DNA of 58,679 nucleotides, filler included, from Actinomycetota bacterium (GCA_046725875.1; 3 parts of 3 records of this genome joined end to end with filler, not necessarily neighbours in it), one strand, 5' to 3'; positions 1-9,330 are shown, counted from the whole stretch's first letter. Numbers and translations: made by a program. The notes: generated from the sequence alone by a model not told the origin.

Positions 1-46
1 TCAGCTTGTGAGCGACCAGCGGATGGTCGAGGACAAGAAGCCGCAT
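1..46 (-). CDS. upp: Uracil phosphoribosyltransferase, 5' end only (runs off the window)
   Basis: Reverse strand from ATG at 46 reads MRLLVLDHPLVAHKL, the typical actinobacterial Upp N-terminus; upp lies next to tadA/tRNA-Ser in actinomycetes. Confidence 0.85.
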   Translation of the reverse strand, partial: MRLLVLDHPLVAHKL

Positions 47-185
47 GAGCGGCAACGGTAGCGCCACGATCGTCCCCATGGTGGGCCGGTGGCCTGCTTC
101 TGCACACTAGTCTCCTGCGCTGGAGTGAGAGACATACTGCCCAGCAGGTGCCGGGCCGGAGACACTTGTCCCGACGGGAGCGTTC

Positions 186-671
186 ATGAACCAGGGCGGC
201 ACTGACTTCGCCGTCGTCGCGTACCGCGAGGACGGCGGGTGGCAATGTGTCCGGCTCCCCACCAGGGTGACCGAGGGCCTCGAGCCGTTGCTCGCAGCGA
301 TGCGTGCACAGCCTAGCGAGGGCGAGACAATCGGGTTGGTGTCGATCGACGACGACTATTTCGTGGCGATCCGCCTCACCGGCGATCATGTGAAGGCGCT
401 CCTGTCGGACGTCACGGCCGCCGAGGAATCGGGCCTCGCCCGCGAGGTGCTGGACGTGCTCGATCTCACGGTCCAGGATCCGGACGACTTCGATGAGGTG
501 CAGCCGGCCGGGGAGCTTGGCATCTTCGCCGATCTTGGCATGGACGCCATGGAGATGGGGACGCTGTGCGACGACCTCGATCTCTATCCAGACGAGATGC
601 TGGCCAGCATCTCGTCCAGGCTTGGATTCGGTGAGCGGTTCCAGCGCGCGGTGGACCCGGGGGCTGGCTAA
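186..671 (+). CDS. tRNA adenosine deaminase-associated protein (TIGR03941-like), copy 1
   Basis: Acidic 161 aa: DFAVVAYREDGGW...DDDYFVAIR...LLSD...PAGELGIFADLG...DLYPDEML; upstream of tadA. Confidence 0.85.
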   Translation: MNQGGTDFAVVAYREDGGWQCVRLPTRVTEGLEPLLAAMRAQPSEGETIGLVSIDDDYFVAIRLTGDHVKALLSDVTAAEESGLAREVLDVLDLTVQDPDDFDEVQPAGELGIFADLGMDAMEMGTLCDDLDLYPDEMLASISSRLGFGERFQRAVDPGAG

Positions 672-693
672 TGATCAGGAAGTGAGTGGACTA

Positions 694-1218
694 GTGGCGT
701 ATTTCGCCGCGCTGCTCGCGCGTTCCGACGAGGGATGGGATGCCAGCGATGTCGACCTCGACGACGTCGCGGATATCGACGGATTGGCCGACCTCATGCG
801 TGAATCGGCCTACGACGACCAGCCGGTTTTGCTCTTCCTCGAGCAGGAGGACATGTGGTTCGGGATCGTTCGGGTGGACGGCGAGGAGGACCCGCGCGTC
901 TTCGTTTCCGACGCCGCGGCGGTCGCCCGCTCGGCCTACGGTGATGTCCTTCTCGCCAGGCTGACCGAGGATCTGGACGACCCCGCCAGCTTCGACGGCA
1001 GCGGCGGCTACGACGGCGCTGAGACGGACGTCGACGAGGACGGCGGGGTCGAGCTTGCCAGCGCGCCGCTCGGTGACGCGGATCTGCTGTCCGACCTGGA
1101 CGTCTCCGCGTCGGTGCTGTACGAGCTCTGCGCGGGGAACGGGATGCTCCCCACCGACGCGCTGAGCGAGATCGCCGACCGCGCCGGCTTCGCGGATGCA
1201 CTGGAGTCCATGCGTTAA
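694..1218 (+). CDS. tRNA adenosine deaminase-associated protein (TIGR03941-like), copy 2
   Basis: GTG start at 694 inside ORF 493..1218: VAYFAALLARSDEGW...FLEQEDMWFGIVRVDGEEDPRVFVSD...PLGDADLLSDL; Streptomyces-type version of the family. Confidence 0.8.
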   Translation: MAYFAALLARSDEGWDASDVDLDDVADIDGLADLMRESAYDDQPVLLFLEQEDMWFGIVRVDGEEDPRVFVSDAAAVARSAYGDVLLARLTEDLDDPASFDGSGGYDGAETDVDEDGGVELASAPLGDADLLSDLDVSASVLYELCAGNGMLPTDALSEIADRAGFADALESMR

Positions 1219-1293
1219 GGCACGTTGGTCGCCCGTAGCCCGATCGATCGGTGCGGCGCGGTTGGGCGATCTGACAGGAGGAGTCCGACCGAG

Positions 1294-1764
1294 ATGTTGG
1301 TCGACCCACGGTATGTCCATGCCATGCGGCTCGCGCTGGCCGAGGCGGCCCTCGCGCCGGCAACTCGGGACGTGCCGGTCGGCGCCGTCGTCCTGGATCC
1401 CGTTGGCGAGGTCATCGGTCGCGGCCACAACGAGCGCGAGGCGCGGGCCGATCCGACCGCTCACGCCGAACTGATCGCGTTGCGAGCAGCCGCGGAAGTG
1501 GAGAGCGAGTGGCGGCTGAGCGGATGCACACTTGTCGTGACCCTCGAGCCGTGCACGATGTGTGCCGGTGCGCTGGTTCAGGCCCGGGTCGACCGGTTGG
1601 TCTTCGGGGCCATCGACGAGAAGGCCGGAGCGGTCGGCTCGTTGTGGGATGTCGTACGAGACCGGAGGCTCAACCACCGCCCGGAGGTGATCGGTGGCGT
1701 CCTCGCTGACGAATGCGCGGAGCTGTTGATCAATTTTTTCCGGGATCAGCGTCCGGTCGGATAG
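1294..1764 (+). CDS. tadA: tRNA-specific adenosine deaminase
   Basis: DPTAHAE and TLEPCTMCAGA zinc-deaminase motifs; AGGAGG upstream of ATG 1294. Confidence 0.95.
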   Translation: MLVDPRYVHAMRLALAEAALAPATRDVPVGAVVLDPVGEVIGRGHNEREARADPTAHAELIALRAAAEVESEWRLSGCTLVVTLEPCTMCAGALVQARVDRLVFGAIDEKAGAVGSLWDVVRDRRLNHRPEVIGGVLADECAELLINFFRDQRPVG

Positions 1765-1774
1765 TCTGTCCGGC

Positions 1775-1861
1775 GGTGGCGTGTCCGAGCGGCCTAAGGA
1801 GCACGCCTCGAAAGCGTGTGAGGGGGCAACTCCTCCGTGGGTTCAAATCCCACCGCCACCG
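1775..1861 (+). tRNA. tRNA-Ser (anticodon CGA)
   Basis: Acceptor stem GGTGGCG/CGCCACC, anticodon arm CACGC-CTCGAAA-GCGTG, long variable arm, T arm GGTTCAAATCC; CCA not encoded. Confidence 0.96.
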
Positions 1862-1902
1862 CGTCGTCCCGACGAAACCTTCGCTCGGTCCGTGGCTCAT
1901 GA

Positions 1903-2229
1903 TCAACTGGGGCTCGACTGGCGGTCCGGGCCGTCGAAATCGAGATCGAGGACGCGGGCGTGCAGCGTCGGGCGCTGCTGCAGTGCCGCCCGCACGGCAC
2001 GATGCAGCCCGTCCTCCAGATAGAGTTCGCCCTGCCACTGCACAACGTGGGCGAAAAGGTCGCCGTAGTAGGTCGAGTCCGTCGCCAGCAGACTGTCGAG
2101 ATCGAGCTGGCGCTTCGTGGTCACGAGGTCCTCAAGGCGTACCTGCCGCGGTGGAATCTGCGCCCAGTCGGACTGGCCCTGGCCGTGCTCGGGATAGGGC
2201 CGGCTGCCGCCAATGCGCTTGAAGATCAC
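1903..2229 (-). CDS. Conserved actinobacterial small protein with ParB/Srx-like DGLHR motif (often labelled VapB-family antitoxin)
   Basis: MIFKRIG...PYPEHG...VRLEDLVTTK...YGDLFAHVVQWQGELYLEDGLHRAVRAALQQR. Confidence 0.85.
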   Translation of the reverse strand: MIFKRIGGSRPYPEHGQGQSDWAQIPPRQVRLEDLVTTKRQLDLDSLLATDSTYYGDLFAHVVQWQGELYLEDGLHRAVRAALQQRPTLHARVLDLDFDGPDRQSSPS

Positions 2230-2629
2230 GACGGCCCAGTTTATTCGCTCGACGCGGTGCCTACCGGCGAACGGCCGCGCGGCCCGACAAGATCATCTAT
2301 CTGGGGCAATCACAATGACAGGTCCACACCGGATTCGCCACAGCAGATCGGCCATTAGGTTGATCTACCTGCTCCAGCAGGCGACGAGGCCGGCTCCGCC
2401 GATGACGATGAGGAAGCGTCAGAGCTGGGAATGTGTGACACCGGTGGCGACCGGACGACTTCGACCCGGAATCGCATTCAAACGCGCTCGATACGACCGA
2501 ATCGGTCAAGTTGGGGGGAAGTACGTGTTGCCGATGGTGACGCGGGGTAGTCACTATCGGCGGCCTCGGCCATCTTTGAGGGGGGAACTGAGACGGCCGG
2601 GGCCGCCTTGCGGCCGGCGGCGTTTCGCA

Positions 2630-2813
2630 CCGGGCTCGGCTTCGAGGAATTCGGCGACGAGGGCGGCGAGTTCTGCGGCCGCTCCGGCAGGAACAGGTGG
2701 CCGCCCTTCACGATCAAGAACCGTGCCTCGGGAATGCATCGCGCGAGGATGCGGCCGTTCAGCAGCGGCACGATCGGGTCGTAACGTCGTGGTGCGGCAA
2801 GAGCGAGGAGCAC
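2630..2813 (-). pseudogene. C-terminal remnant of an alpha/beta hydrolase (PHA depolymerase PhaZ-like)
   Basis: DPIVPLLNGRILARCIPEARFLIVKGGHLFL in one frame continues as AAELAALVAEFL in another; no N-terminal part. Confidence 0.65.
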
Positions 2814-3113
2814 GCGAGTCCGGGATCCCTTGAGGGCGGCAGCGAGCGGACTGTTCCTGCCGGGTCTGAATCGATCAGAGCACGGTCACCCGACCGGAGC
2901 ATCAGTTCCTGCCGGTTGTCGAAGTCCTGATCTGAACGGGTGGCGGCGGCAGCAGGGCCTTTTACCCCATGCCCGAGACCGCAAGAATCACCCTCGGTGC
3001 GGTCAGCGCGGTCGGCTGAGCGGACGGCTCGCCGGGACTGCCGTACGGTAGAAGGGAGGCGATGACGCCGTCCTGTTGTGGCCGCTCCGGCCAGACTCAC
3101 TGGAGGTAGCAGC

Positions 3114-4772
3114 GTGGGCCGTGCCGCCATGCTCACCGTCGATGACGATCCGGCCGTCTCGCGTGCCGTGGCCCGGGATCTGCGCCGCCGCTACGGGCAG
3201 AACTATCAGATAGTTAGGGCCTCTTCGGGCGCCGACGGGCTGGACGCGCTCCGTGAGCTCAAGCTCCGGGGCGGCCGGGTGGCGGTCCTTCTTGCCGACT
3301 ATCGGATGCCCCAGATGAACGGCGTCGAATTCCTCGAACAGGCGATGGACCTGTTCCCGAACGCACGCCGGGCGCTGATGACGGCCTACGCCGACACGGA
3401 AGCTGCGATCCAGGCCATCAACGTCGTCGATGTGGACCACTATCTGCTGAAGCCTTGGGATCCACCGGAGGAGAAGTTCTATCCAGTGGTGGATGCGCTG
3501 CTGGAAGCCTGGAAGGCCGCCGGCGACCGTGAGGTGGAGGAAGTCAAGGTCGTCGGCCACCGCTGGAACTCAGCGTCCTACCGGATCCGCGACTTCCTGG
3601 CTCGGAACCTTGTTCCGTACCGGTGGTTCAGCGCCGACGAGCCGGAGGGTCGGCGGTTGCTCGATGCCGCCGGGGCCGGTCTGGAGGCGGTCCCCCTGGT
3701 GGTTACGGCGGACGGGCGGCCGCTCCCCGCACCCTCGGCGGCCGAGGTGGCCGCCGCCGTCGGCTTGTCAACGGAACCGGTACGGGACTTCTACGACCTG
3801 ATCATCGTTGGCGGAGGTCCGGCCGGCCTGGGTGCGGCGGTCTACGGTGCATCGGAGGGCCTGCACACGGTTCTCGTCGAACGGAAGGCGATCGGGGGCC
3901 AGGCCGGTCAAAGCTCCAGAATCGAGAACTACCTCGGCTTTCCCGACGGCGTGTCCGGCGCACAGCTCACCGAGCGGGCCCGCCGCCAGGCGGCGAAGTT
4001 CGACGCGGAGGTGCTCACCGCCAGAGATGTGGGGAGCTTGTCGGCGCGTGGTGGGGCGCGCGTGGTCAGTTTTGGCGACGGCACCGAAATCTCAGCACAC
4101 GCCGTGATCATCGCCACTGGAGTCTCGTATCGACCATTGCTTGCGCCGGGAGTGGCCAAGCTGACAGGTCGCGGCGTCTACTACGGCTCGGCGCCGACCG
4201 AAGCTACCGAGTGCCAGGGCACCGACGTCTTCATCGTGGGCGGCGCTAACTCCGCTGGTCAGTCGGCGCTCTTCTTCTGTCGTTACGCACGCAAGGTGAC
4301 GCTTCTGGTCCGCGGTGACTCGCTTGAACGGTCGATGTCCTATTACCTGATCCAGCAGCTCGCCTCGATCGACAACATCGAGGTCCGGACCGGCACCGAG
4401 GTGACGGAGGTGCACGGCGAGGACCACCTGGAGGCGGTCACGTTTTTCGACAGCAAGCGGGCGACGACCATCACGCTGCCCGCCGAGCATCTGTTCGTGC
4501 TCATCGGAGCCGAGCCGCACACCGAGTGGCTAGACGGCGCGGTTTCGCGTGACTCGCGCGGCTTCATCTACACGGGGCCGGACCTGATGACCGGCGGGAC
4601 CCGCCCGACTGGATGGGATCGCGACCGCGACCCGTATTACCTCGAGTGCAGCGCCCCGGGCATCTTCGCCGCCGGCGACGTGCGGGCCAACTCGGTCAAA
4701 CGGATTGCGTCGGCCATCGGCGAGGGCGCGATGGCGGTGACGCTGGTGCACACGTACCTGGAGACCCAATGA
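3114..4772 (+). CDS. Response-regulator receiver domain fused to thioredoxin reductase-like FAD oxidoreductase
   Basis: REC motifs VDDD, ADYRMP, LLKPW; GGGPAG, GGQAGQSSRIENYLGFP, GGANSAGQ, GIFAAGDVR; GGAGGT before GTG 3114. Confidence 0.92.
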   Translation: MGRAAMLTVDDDPAVSRAVARDLRRRYGQNYQIVRASSGADGLDALRELKLRGGRVAVLLADYRMPQMNGVEFLEQAMDLFPNARRALMTAYADTEAAIQAINVVDVDHYLLKPWDPPEEKFYPVVDALLEAWKAAGDREVEEVKVVGHRWNSASYRIRDFLARNLVPYRWFSADEPEGRRLLDAAGAGLEAVPLVVTADGRPLPAPSAAEVAAAVGLSTEPVRDFYDLIIVGGGPAGLGAAVYGASEGLHTVLVERKAIGGQAGQSSRIENYLGFPDGVSGAQLTERARRQAAKFDAEVLTARDVGSLSARGGARVVSFGDGTEISAHAVIIATGVSYRPLLAPGVAKLTGRGVYYGSAPTEATECQGTDVFIVGGANSAGQSALFFCRYARKVTLLVRGDSLERSMSYYLIQQLASIDNIEVRTGTEVTEVHGEDHLEAVTFFDSKRATTITLPAEHLFVLIGAEPHTEWLDGAVSRDSRGFIYTGPDLMTGGTRPTGWDRDRDPYYLECSAPGIFAAGDVRANSVKRIASAIGEGAMAVTLVHTYLETQ

Positions 4773-6199
4773 CCAGGAAGGCCACCACGGAGGAGCTGAG
4801 GACGCTCTTCCTCTTCGAGGCACTAACCGATGATCAGCTTGCCTGGCTGGCCGAGCGGGGCACGGTAAGGGACTACCCGGCGGGCAGCACGGTGATTGCC
4901 GAGGGCGACCCGGCCGAATCCTTCTTCGTCCTGCTTTCGGGCACGCTGGCGCTGTCCCGCCGGGTGCAGCAGGACGACATCGAGACCGTGCGCACGGACC
5001 AACGCGGGGTCTACATGGGTGCGACGCAGGCTTACCTGCGTGACGACCCGGCGGTGGCGCGCACCTACCTTGCCTCGATGCGCGCGATCAGCGACTGCGA
5101 GTTCTTCATCATGTCCGCCGCGGACTTCGCGACGATGGTCCGTGAGTGGTTTCCGATGGCGACACACCTGCTCGAAGGGCTCTTCTTCGCCATGCGGAAC
5201 AGCCAGGCGCTGGTGAGCGAGCGCCAGCGGCTCGCGGCGCTCGGCTCGCTCACCTCTGGCTTGATGCACGAGCTGAACAACCCCGCGGCCGCTACCGTCC
5301 GGGCCGCGTCGGCGCTGCGGGAGCGGGTCGCCGGGATGCGCCACAAGCTTGCCATGCTCGCCGACGGCCGGATCCCGGCCGAGCAGCTACGGGCATTGAT
5401 ACAGGTGCTGGAGCCGATCATCGAGCGGGCTGCCAAAGCGCCAGATCTGACGCCCGTACAGGCCAGCGATCGGGAGGACGAGCTTGGCGATTGGTTGGAT
5501 AGGCATGCGGTCACCGCCGGCTGGGATCTCGCCCCCGTGTTCGCTGCCGCCGGCCTCGACGTCGATGCTCTGGAAGAGGTCGAGGACGCGGTGGCACCGG
5601 AGTTGCTCAACCGCGCTTTGAGCTGGATGGGCTATGTGCTCGAGACCGAGCAGCTGATAACCGACATCGAGGACGCCGGAAACCGGATCTCGACCCTGGT
5701 CGCCGCCGCGAAGCAGTACTCGCAACTGGACCGGGCCCCGCACCAGTGGGTCGACGTGCACGACGGGCTGAAAAGCACCATCATCATGCTCTCCCACAAG
5801 CTCGGCGACGGCGTCAAGGTGGTCAAAGAGTTCGACAGGACGCTGCCGAAGATTCCCTCCTATCCAGCGGAGCTCAATCAGGTCTGGACTAACCTCGTTG
5901 ACAACGCGGTCCATGCTATGAACGGCGCCGGCACTCTCACGATTCGTACGGCACGGGACGGCGACCGGGTGCTCGTCGACATCGGCGACACCGGACCGGG
6001 CATTCCGCCTAAGCTGCGACAGCGCGTCTTCGAGCCGTTCTTCACCACAAAACCCGTGGGGGAAGGTACCGGGTTGGGACTGGACATCGCATACCGCATT
6101 GTCGTAAACCGGCACGGCGGCGACATCAGCGTTACGTCCCAGCCGGGCGACACCCACTTCCAGGTCCGCCTCCCGATCGCGGAGCCCGCATCGGTCTGA
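4769..6199 (+). CDS. Cyclic-nucleotide-binding-domain sensor histidine kinase
   Basis: N-terminal cNMP domain (VIAEGDPAESFFVLLSG), H-box MHELNNP, N-box ELNQVWTNLVDNA, G-boxes DTGPGI/GTGLGL; ATGA overlap with upstream gene. Confidence 0.93.
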   Translation: MTRKATTEELRTLFLFEALTDDQLAWLAERGTVRDYPAGSTVIAEGDPAESFFVLLSGTLALSRRVQQDDIETVRTDQRGVYMGATQAYLRDDPAVARTYLASMRAISDCEFFIMSAADFATMVREWFPMATHLLEGLFFAMRNSQALVSERQRLAALGSLTSGLMHELNNPAAATVRAASALRERVAGMRHKLAMLADGRIPAEQLRALIQVLEPIIERAAKAPDLTPVQASDREDELGDWLDRHAVTAGWDLAPVFAAAGLDVDALEEVEDAVAPELLNRALSWMGYVLETEQLITDIEDAGNRISTLVAAAKQYSQLDRAPHQWVDVHDGLKSTIIMLSHKLGDGVKVVKEFDRTLPKIPSYPAELNQVWTNLVDNAVHAMNGAGTLTIRTARDGDRVLVDIGDTGPGIPPKLRQRVFEPFFTTKPVGEGTGLGLDIAYRIVVNRHGGDISVTSQPGDTHFQVRLPIAEPASV

Positions 6200-6425
6200 C
6201 AGCTTCGGCTCGGCGCGCGGATCACCTGCCTGCCCTCGCGTTGCTGGTTGACGATGCGGCGCGGCTCGGGCTGTGGCTCGCCATGTCGGCGATCGCTCCC
6301 CCGAACCGGTCGGGCCCCTGGACCATGGCCGGCTGGCCGGCCATGGTCGTCCCGGTTGGCGATCACGCGACCTCCTTGCCGGGGTCGTACCCACCGAATC
6401 GCCCGGTCTCCGCTTCGTTGATCGC

Positions 6426-6632
6426 CGAGTTGTCAGCGTAATCTGCAAGATCGCCAAGCTGTCAGAGCCTCGCGTCGCTATAGCGACCGGAGCATCTGAC
6501 AGATTCGCCGCCCAGCCCGGCCGGGAGGTATTTGTCAGAACATCTGCCGCGTGAAAACGACCTGCGCGTCTGACACCTGCCAAGTCACCAGCGGACAAGT
6601 TCCACGATCTTGCTCGAACCGCTGACAACTCG
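6426..6632. mobile_element. MITE-like non-coding element with ~28-bp terminal inverted repeats
   Basis: CGAGTTGTCAGCG-N6-GCAAGATCG (6426-6453) is mirrored by CGATCTTGC-N6-CGCTGACAACTCG (6605-6632); two internal TGTCAGA...TCTGACA units. Confidence 0.55.
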
Positions 6633-6676
6633 CTGGGACGCGGTGCCCAGTACCTCGGGAGTACGCTCGCGATTCG

Positions 6677-7435
6677 ATGGCTGGATCGGTGCTGCGGATC
6701 GGGGTGTTGACACCGCATGTGGCGCCAGGCCCCGAGACCGAGTTCCCCGCGATGGCGCCCGGTCTGATCACGACACGGGTCGCCCGTGTTGCGACCGAGG
6801 CCGCGGGCGTCCGGATCGGAACGAGCCCACCTGCACCGGCCGACGCCCGAGCGCTGACCGAGCCAGCCTTTCTGGACGATGCGGCCGAGACGTTCGCCGC
6901 GGGGCCGATCGATGTGATCGGCTACGCGTCCACCAGCTCGGCCTATGCCCTCGGCTTCGACGACGAGGCCCGCATGGTCGCGCGGCTGGCGGAGCGGACC
7001 GGCGTACCTGTCGCGTCGACGTGCGCAGCGGCGGTGCTGGCCTTGCGAGTCCTCGGGGCCGGACGGATCGCGCTGGTCGAACCGCCGTGGTTCGACGACC
7101 AACTGAACGCGCTGGGTGCGGCCTACTTTCGAAGCCAGGGATTTGCTGTCGTCTCGTCGGGGTCTGCCGGCCTGCCGCTGGATCCACGACGGATCGAGCC
7201 GACCGCTGTGTACGAGTGGACATCGCAGCATGTAGCAGGCGACGCGGAAGCGGTATTCATCGGCGGGAACGGGTTTCGAGCCGCGGCAGCAATCGAAGCG
7301 CTGGAGGCGAGCCTCGAGCGACCGGTCTTGACGTCGAATCAGGTGCTGTTGTGGCATCTCCTCGGACTCGGGGACGCCACCTTCGCGGTCAAGGGCTACG
7401 GACGGCTGTTCACCCACAAACCGCTCGCTGGGTGA
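6677..7435 (+). CDS. Maleate cis-trans isomerase / arylmalonate decarboxylase family protein
   Basis: RIGVLTP, DVIGYASTS, LGAGRIALVEP, AVFIGGNG, PVLTSNQVLLW. Confidence 0.88.
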   Translation: MAGSVLRIGVLTPHVAPGPETEFPAMAPGLITTRVARVATEAAGVRIGTSPPAPADARALTEPAFLDDAAETFAAGPIDVIGYASTSSAYALGFDDEARMVARLAERTGVPVASTCAAAVLALRVLGAGRIALVEPPWFDDQLNALGAAYFRSQGFAVVSSGSAGLPLDPRRIEPTAVYEWTSQHVAGDAEAVFIGGNGFRAAAAIEALEASLERPVLTSNQVLLWHLLGLGDATFAVKGYGRLFTHKPLAG

Positions 7436-7457
7436 CCGTCTCGTCGCTGCCTCAGTC

Positions 7458-7698
7458 AGTCAGCGGGGCCGGCTCGGCCGTGGCCGCGCAGATGCTGAGC
7501 ACCGGCGGGCTCTCCCGGATCGCCCGGATCGCACAGCCGGCGGCGGTGAACGGGGCCGCAGGCATCGTGGTGGCGCCGGCGGGACGGCTGTGAGCCGTGA
7601 TCGGTTTCACCGCCAGGCGCAGCAAGATCGTCGAAATCGACATCCTGGCCGACCCAGCACACCTGCGCCATGTCGACTTGGCCGTCCTAACCGGCTAA
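7458..7698 (+). pseudogene. Remnant of the C-terminal SnoaL-like domain of an ECF41/SigJ-type sigma factor
   Basis: GSAVAAQ...PAAVNGAAGIVVAPAGRL*AVIGFTARRSKIVEIDILADPAHLRHVDL with in-frame TGA at 7591; no sigma regions 2/4. Confidence 0.7.
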
Positions 7699-7792
7699 AC
7701 CGGACCGCCGGGCGGCGCCTCGTAAATGGCCCGGAAAAGCAGGCCGCAATTGGCCCGTGCGCGCAGGCCACTCTGGCCCTCAGGATCGTGGC

Positions 7793-8470
7793 ATGAGCAC
7801 TCCGCTGCAGTCGACACCCCGGACCACCTTGCGCCGTTCCAAGGAGCGCGGCGGCCACGACCGCCACGCCCTGTACGACGTGCTGCGCGAGGGCATGTTC
7901 TGCCACGCCGGCGTGGTCGTGGACGGTTTGCCGGTCGTACTGCCCATGGCGTACGGGTACGACCTCACCGAGCCGGACGGGACGCTCTATCTGCACGGGT
8001 CGATCGCCGGGCGGCTGCTGACCGCCGCGCTGGAGCAGACCCTCTGCGTCACGGTTACGCACGCCGACGGGCTGGTGCTGGCGCGGTCCGCGTTCCACCA
8101 CTCGGTGAATTACCGCTCCGCGGTGATCTTCGGCCGGCCCCGGCTCATCACCGGCACCCAGGACAAGGTCGCCGCGTTGAACCTAATCCTGGACCACCTG
8201 GTGCCTGGCCGGTCCGAGGTTACCCGGCCCCCGAACCGCAAGGAACTGGCCAAGACCGCGGTTCTGGCGCTTCCGATGACCGAGGCCTCGGTGAAGATGC
8301 GCACCGGCGAGGCGATTGACGAACCCGAAGACCTGCACCACCCGGTCTGGGCCGGTGTCATCCCGCTGCGTGTCGTGGCTTCCGATCCGATCACCAACTC
8401 GGACTCCACGGTCGGGGTTCCGCGCCACGTGGCCGCCCGGGTCACTGCCCTCTCGGCGTACGCTTCCTGA
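7793..8470 (+). CDS. Pyridoxamine 5'-phosphate oxidase-like flavin-binding protein (NimC/NimA family)
   Basis: TPRTTLRRSKERG, LYLHGS, DGLVLARSAFHHSVNYRSAVIFG, WAGVIP. Confidence 0.92.
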   Translation: MSTPLQSTPRTTLRRSKERGGHDRHALYDVLREGMFCHAGVVVDGLPVVLPMAYGYDLTEPDGTLYLHGSIAGRLLTAALEQTLCVTVTHADGLVLARSAFHHSVNYRSAVIFGRPRLITGTQDKVAALNLILDHLVPGRSEVTRPPNRKELAKTAVLALPMTEASVKMRTGEAIDEPEDLHHPVWAGVIPLRVVASDPITNSDSTVGVPRHVAARVTALSAYAS

Positions 8471-8511
8471 CCTTGCCCGCTGAGCCGTATACATCGCTCC
8501 CGAACCGTGGG

Positions 8512-9324
8512 TCAGGGTGCCAGCAGGGTGCGGACCTGCCCGGGCGTTCGACCGAGCTCGCGCCGGACAGTGCGGGTCAGGTGCGCTTGGTCGGCAAACC
8601 CGGTCTCCGCGGCCAGCTCGGCGAGATCCCGCTGACCGTCTGCGAGTCGCTCCAGTGCACGGCGTACCTTGAGCCGGTTGCGCAGCTCGCTGATGGTAAC
8701 TCCGCTGCCTCGGCGGAAGAGCCGGCTCACATGGTACGGCGACAGTCGGGTGACTCGGGCCAGGTCGGCGAGCCGAAGATCGGGATCCGCGGCCATCGCC
8801 TGCCGGACCTGATCCACCACGCGTCCGGCCCGCCGCTGCGTGGGGAATCCCGAGGCAACCGCGCCCGGCAAGATGTCACTCAGGACGGTTCCGATCAGCA
8901 ATTGGGAACGCTCGGCCAGTTCTTCGGTATCGGCGCCCGCCTGCGCCCGGGCGAGCAGCGCACGATGCCCTAGGTCCACCGAGGGGCTCGTGAAGATCGG
9001 CCGATCGGCTCGGTCCCGGGGCAGCGCGGCGCCGCAAGTGATCGCGGCGACGGTTGCGGCTTCGATTACGAAGCTGGTGCAAACGTCGCCGCCGGCCGGA
9101 TGGGCGATCCGCTGTTCACTGCCCGCGCGTACGAGATAGCCCGAGCACGCGTCGACCACCGTTTCGGTCCCCTCGACCTGGCGCCGGAACACGCCAGACC
9201 GAACCAGGACCAGGCCGAAGTGGTCGATCGGCTCGGGGACCGACCACGCTGGTCGATCGCCACTGCAGGACACCACTTCCACGGTCATGTCTGCCGTGGC
9301 GAGCACCCGTCGCGACCTGAGCAC
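8512..9324 (-). CDS. AraC family transcriptional regulator
   Basis: LADLAR...SPYHVSRLFRR...LAELAAETGFADQAHLTR...GRTPGQ. Confidence 0.92.
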   Translation of the reverse strand: MLRSRRVLATADMTVEVVSCSGDRPAWSVPEPIDHFGLVLVRSGVFRRQVEGTETVVDACSGYLVRAGSEQRIAHPAGGDVCTSFVIEAATVAAITCGAALPRDRADRPIFTSPSVDLGHRALLARAQAGADTEELAERSQLLIGTVLSDILPGAVASGFPTQRRAGRVVDQVRQAMAADPDLRLADLARVTRLSPYHVSRLFRRGSGVTISELRNRLKVRRALERLADGQRDLAELAAETGFADQAHLTRTVRRELGRTPGQVRTLLAP

Positions 9325-9330
9325 AGCGGC

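Noticed and set aside
6430..6480. PafBC promoters at the TGTCAG motifs
   Set aside because: Spacing to TA-N3-T does not fit; better explained as inverted-repeat arms.
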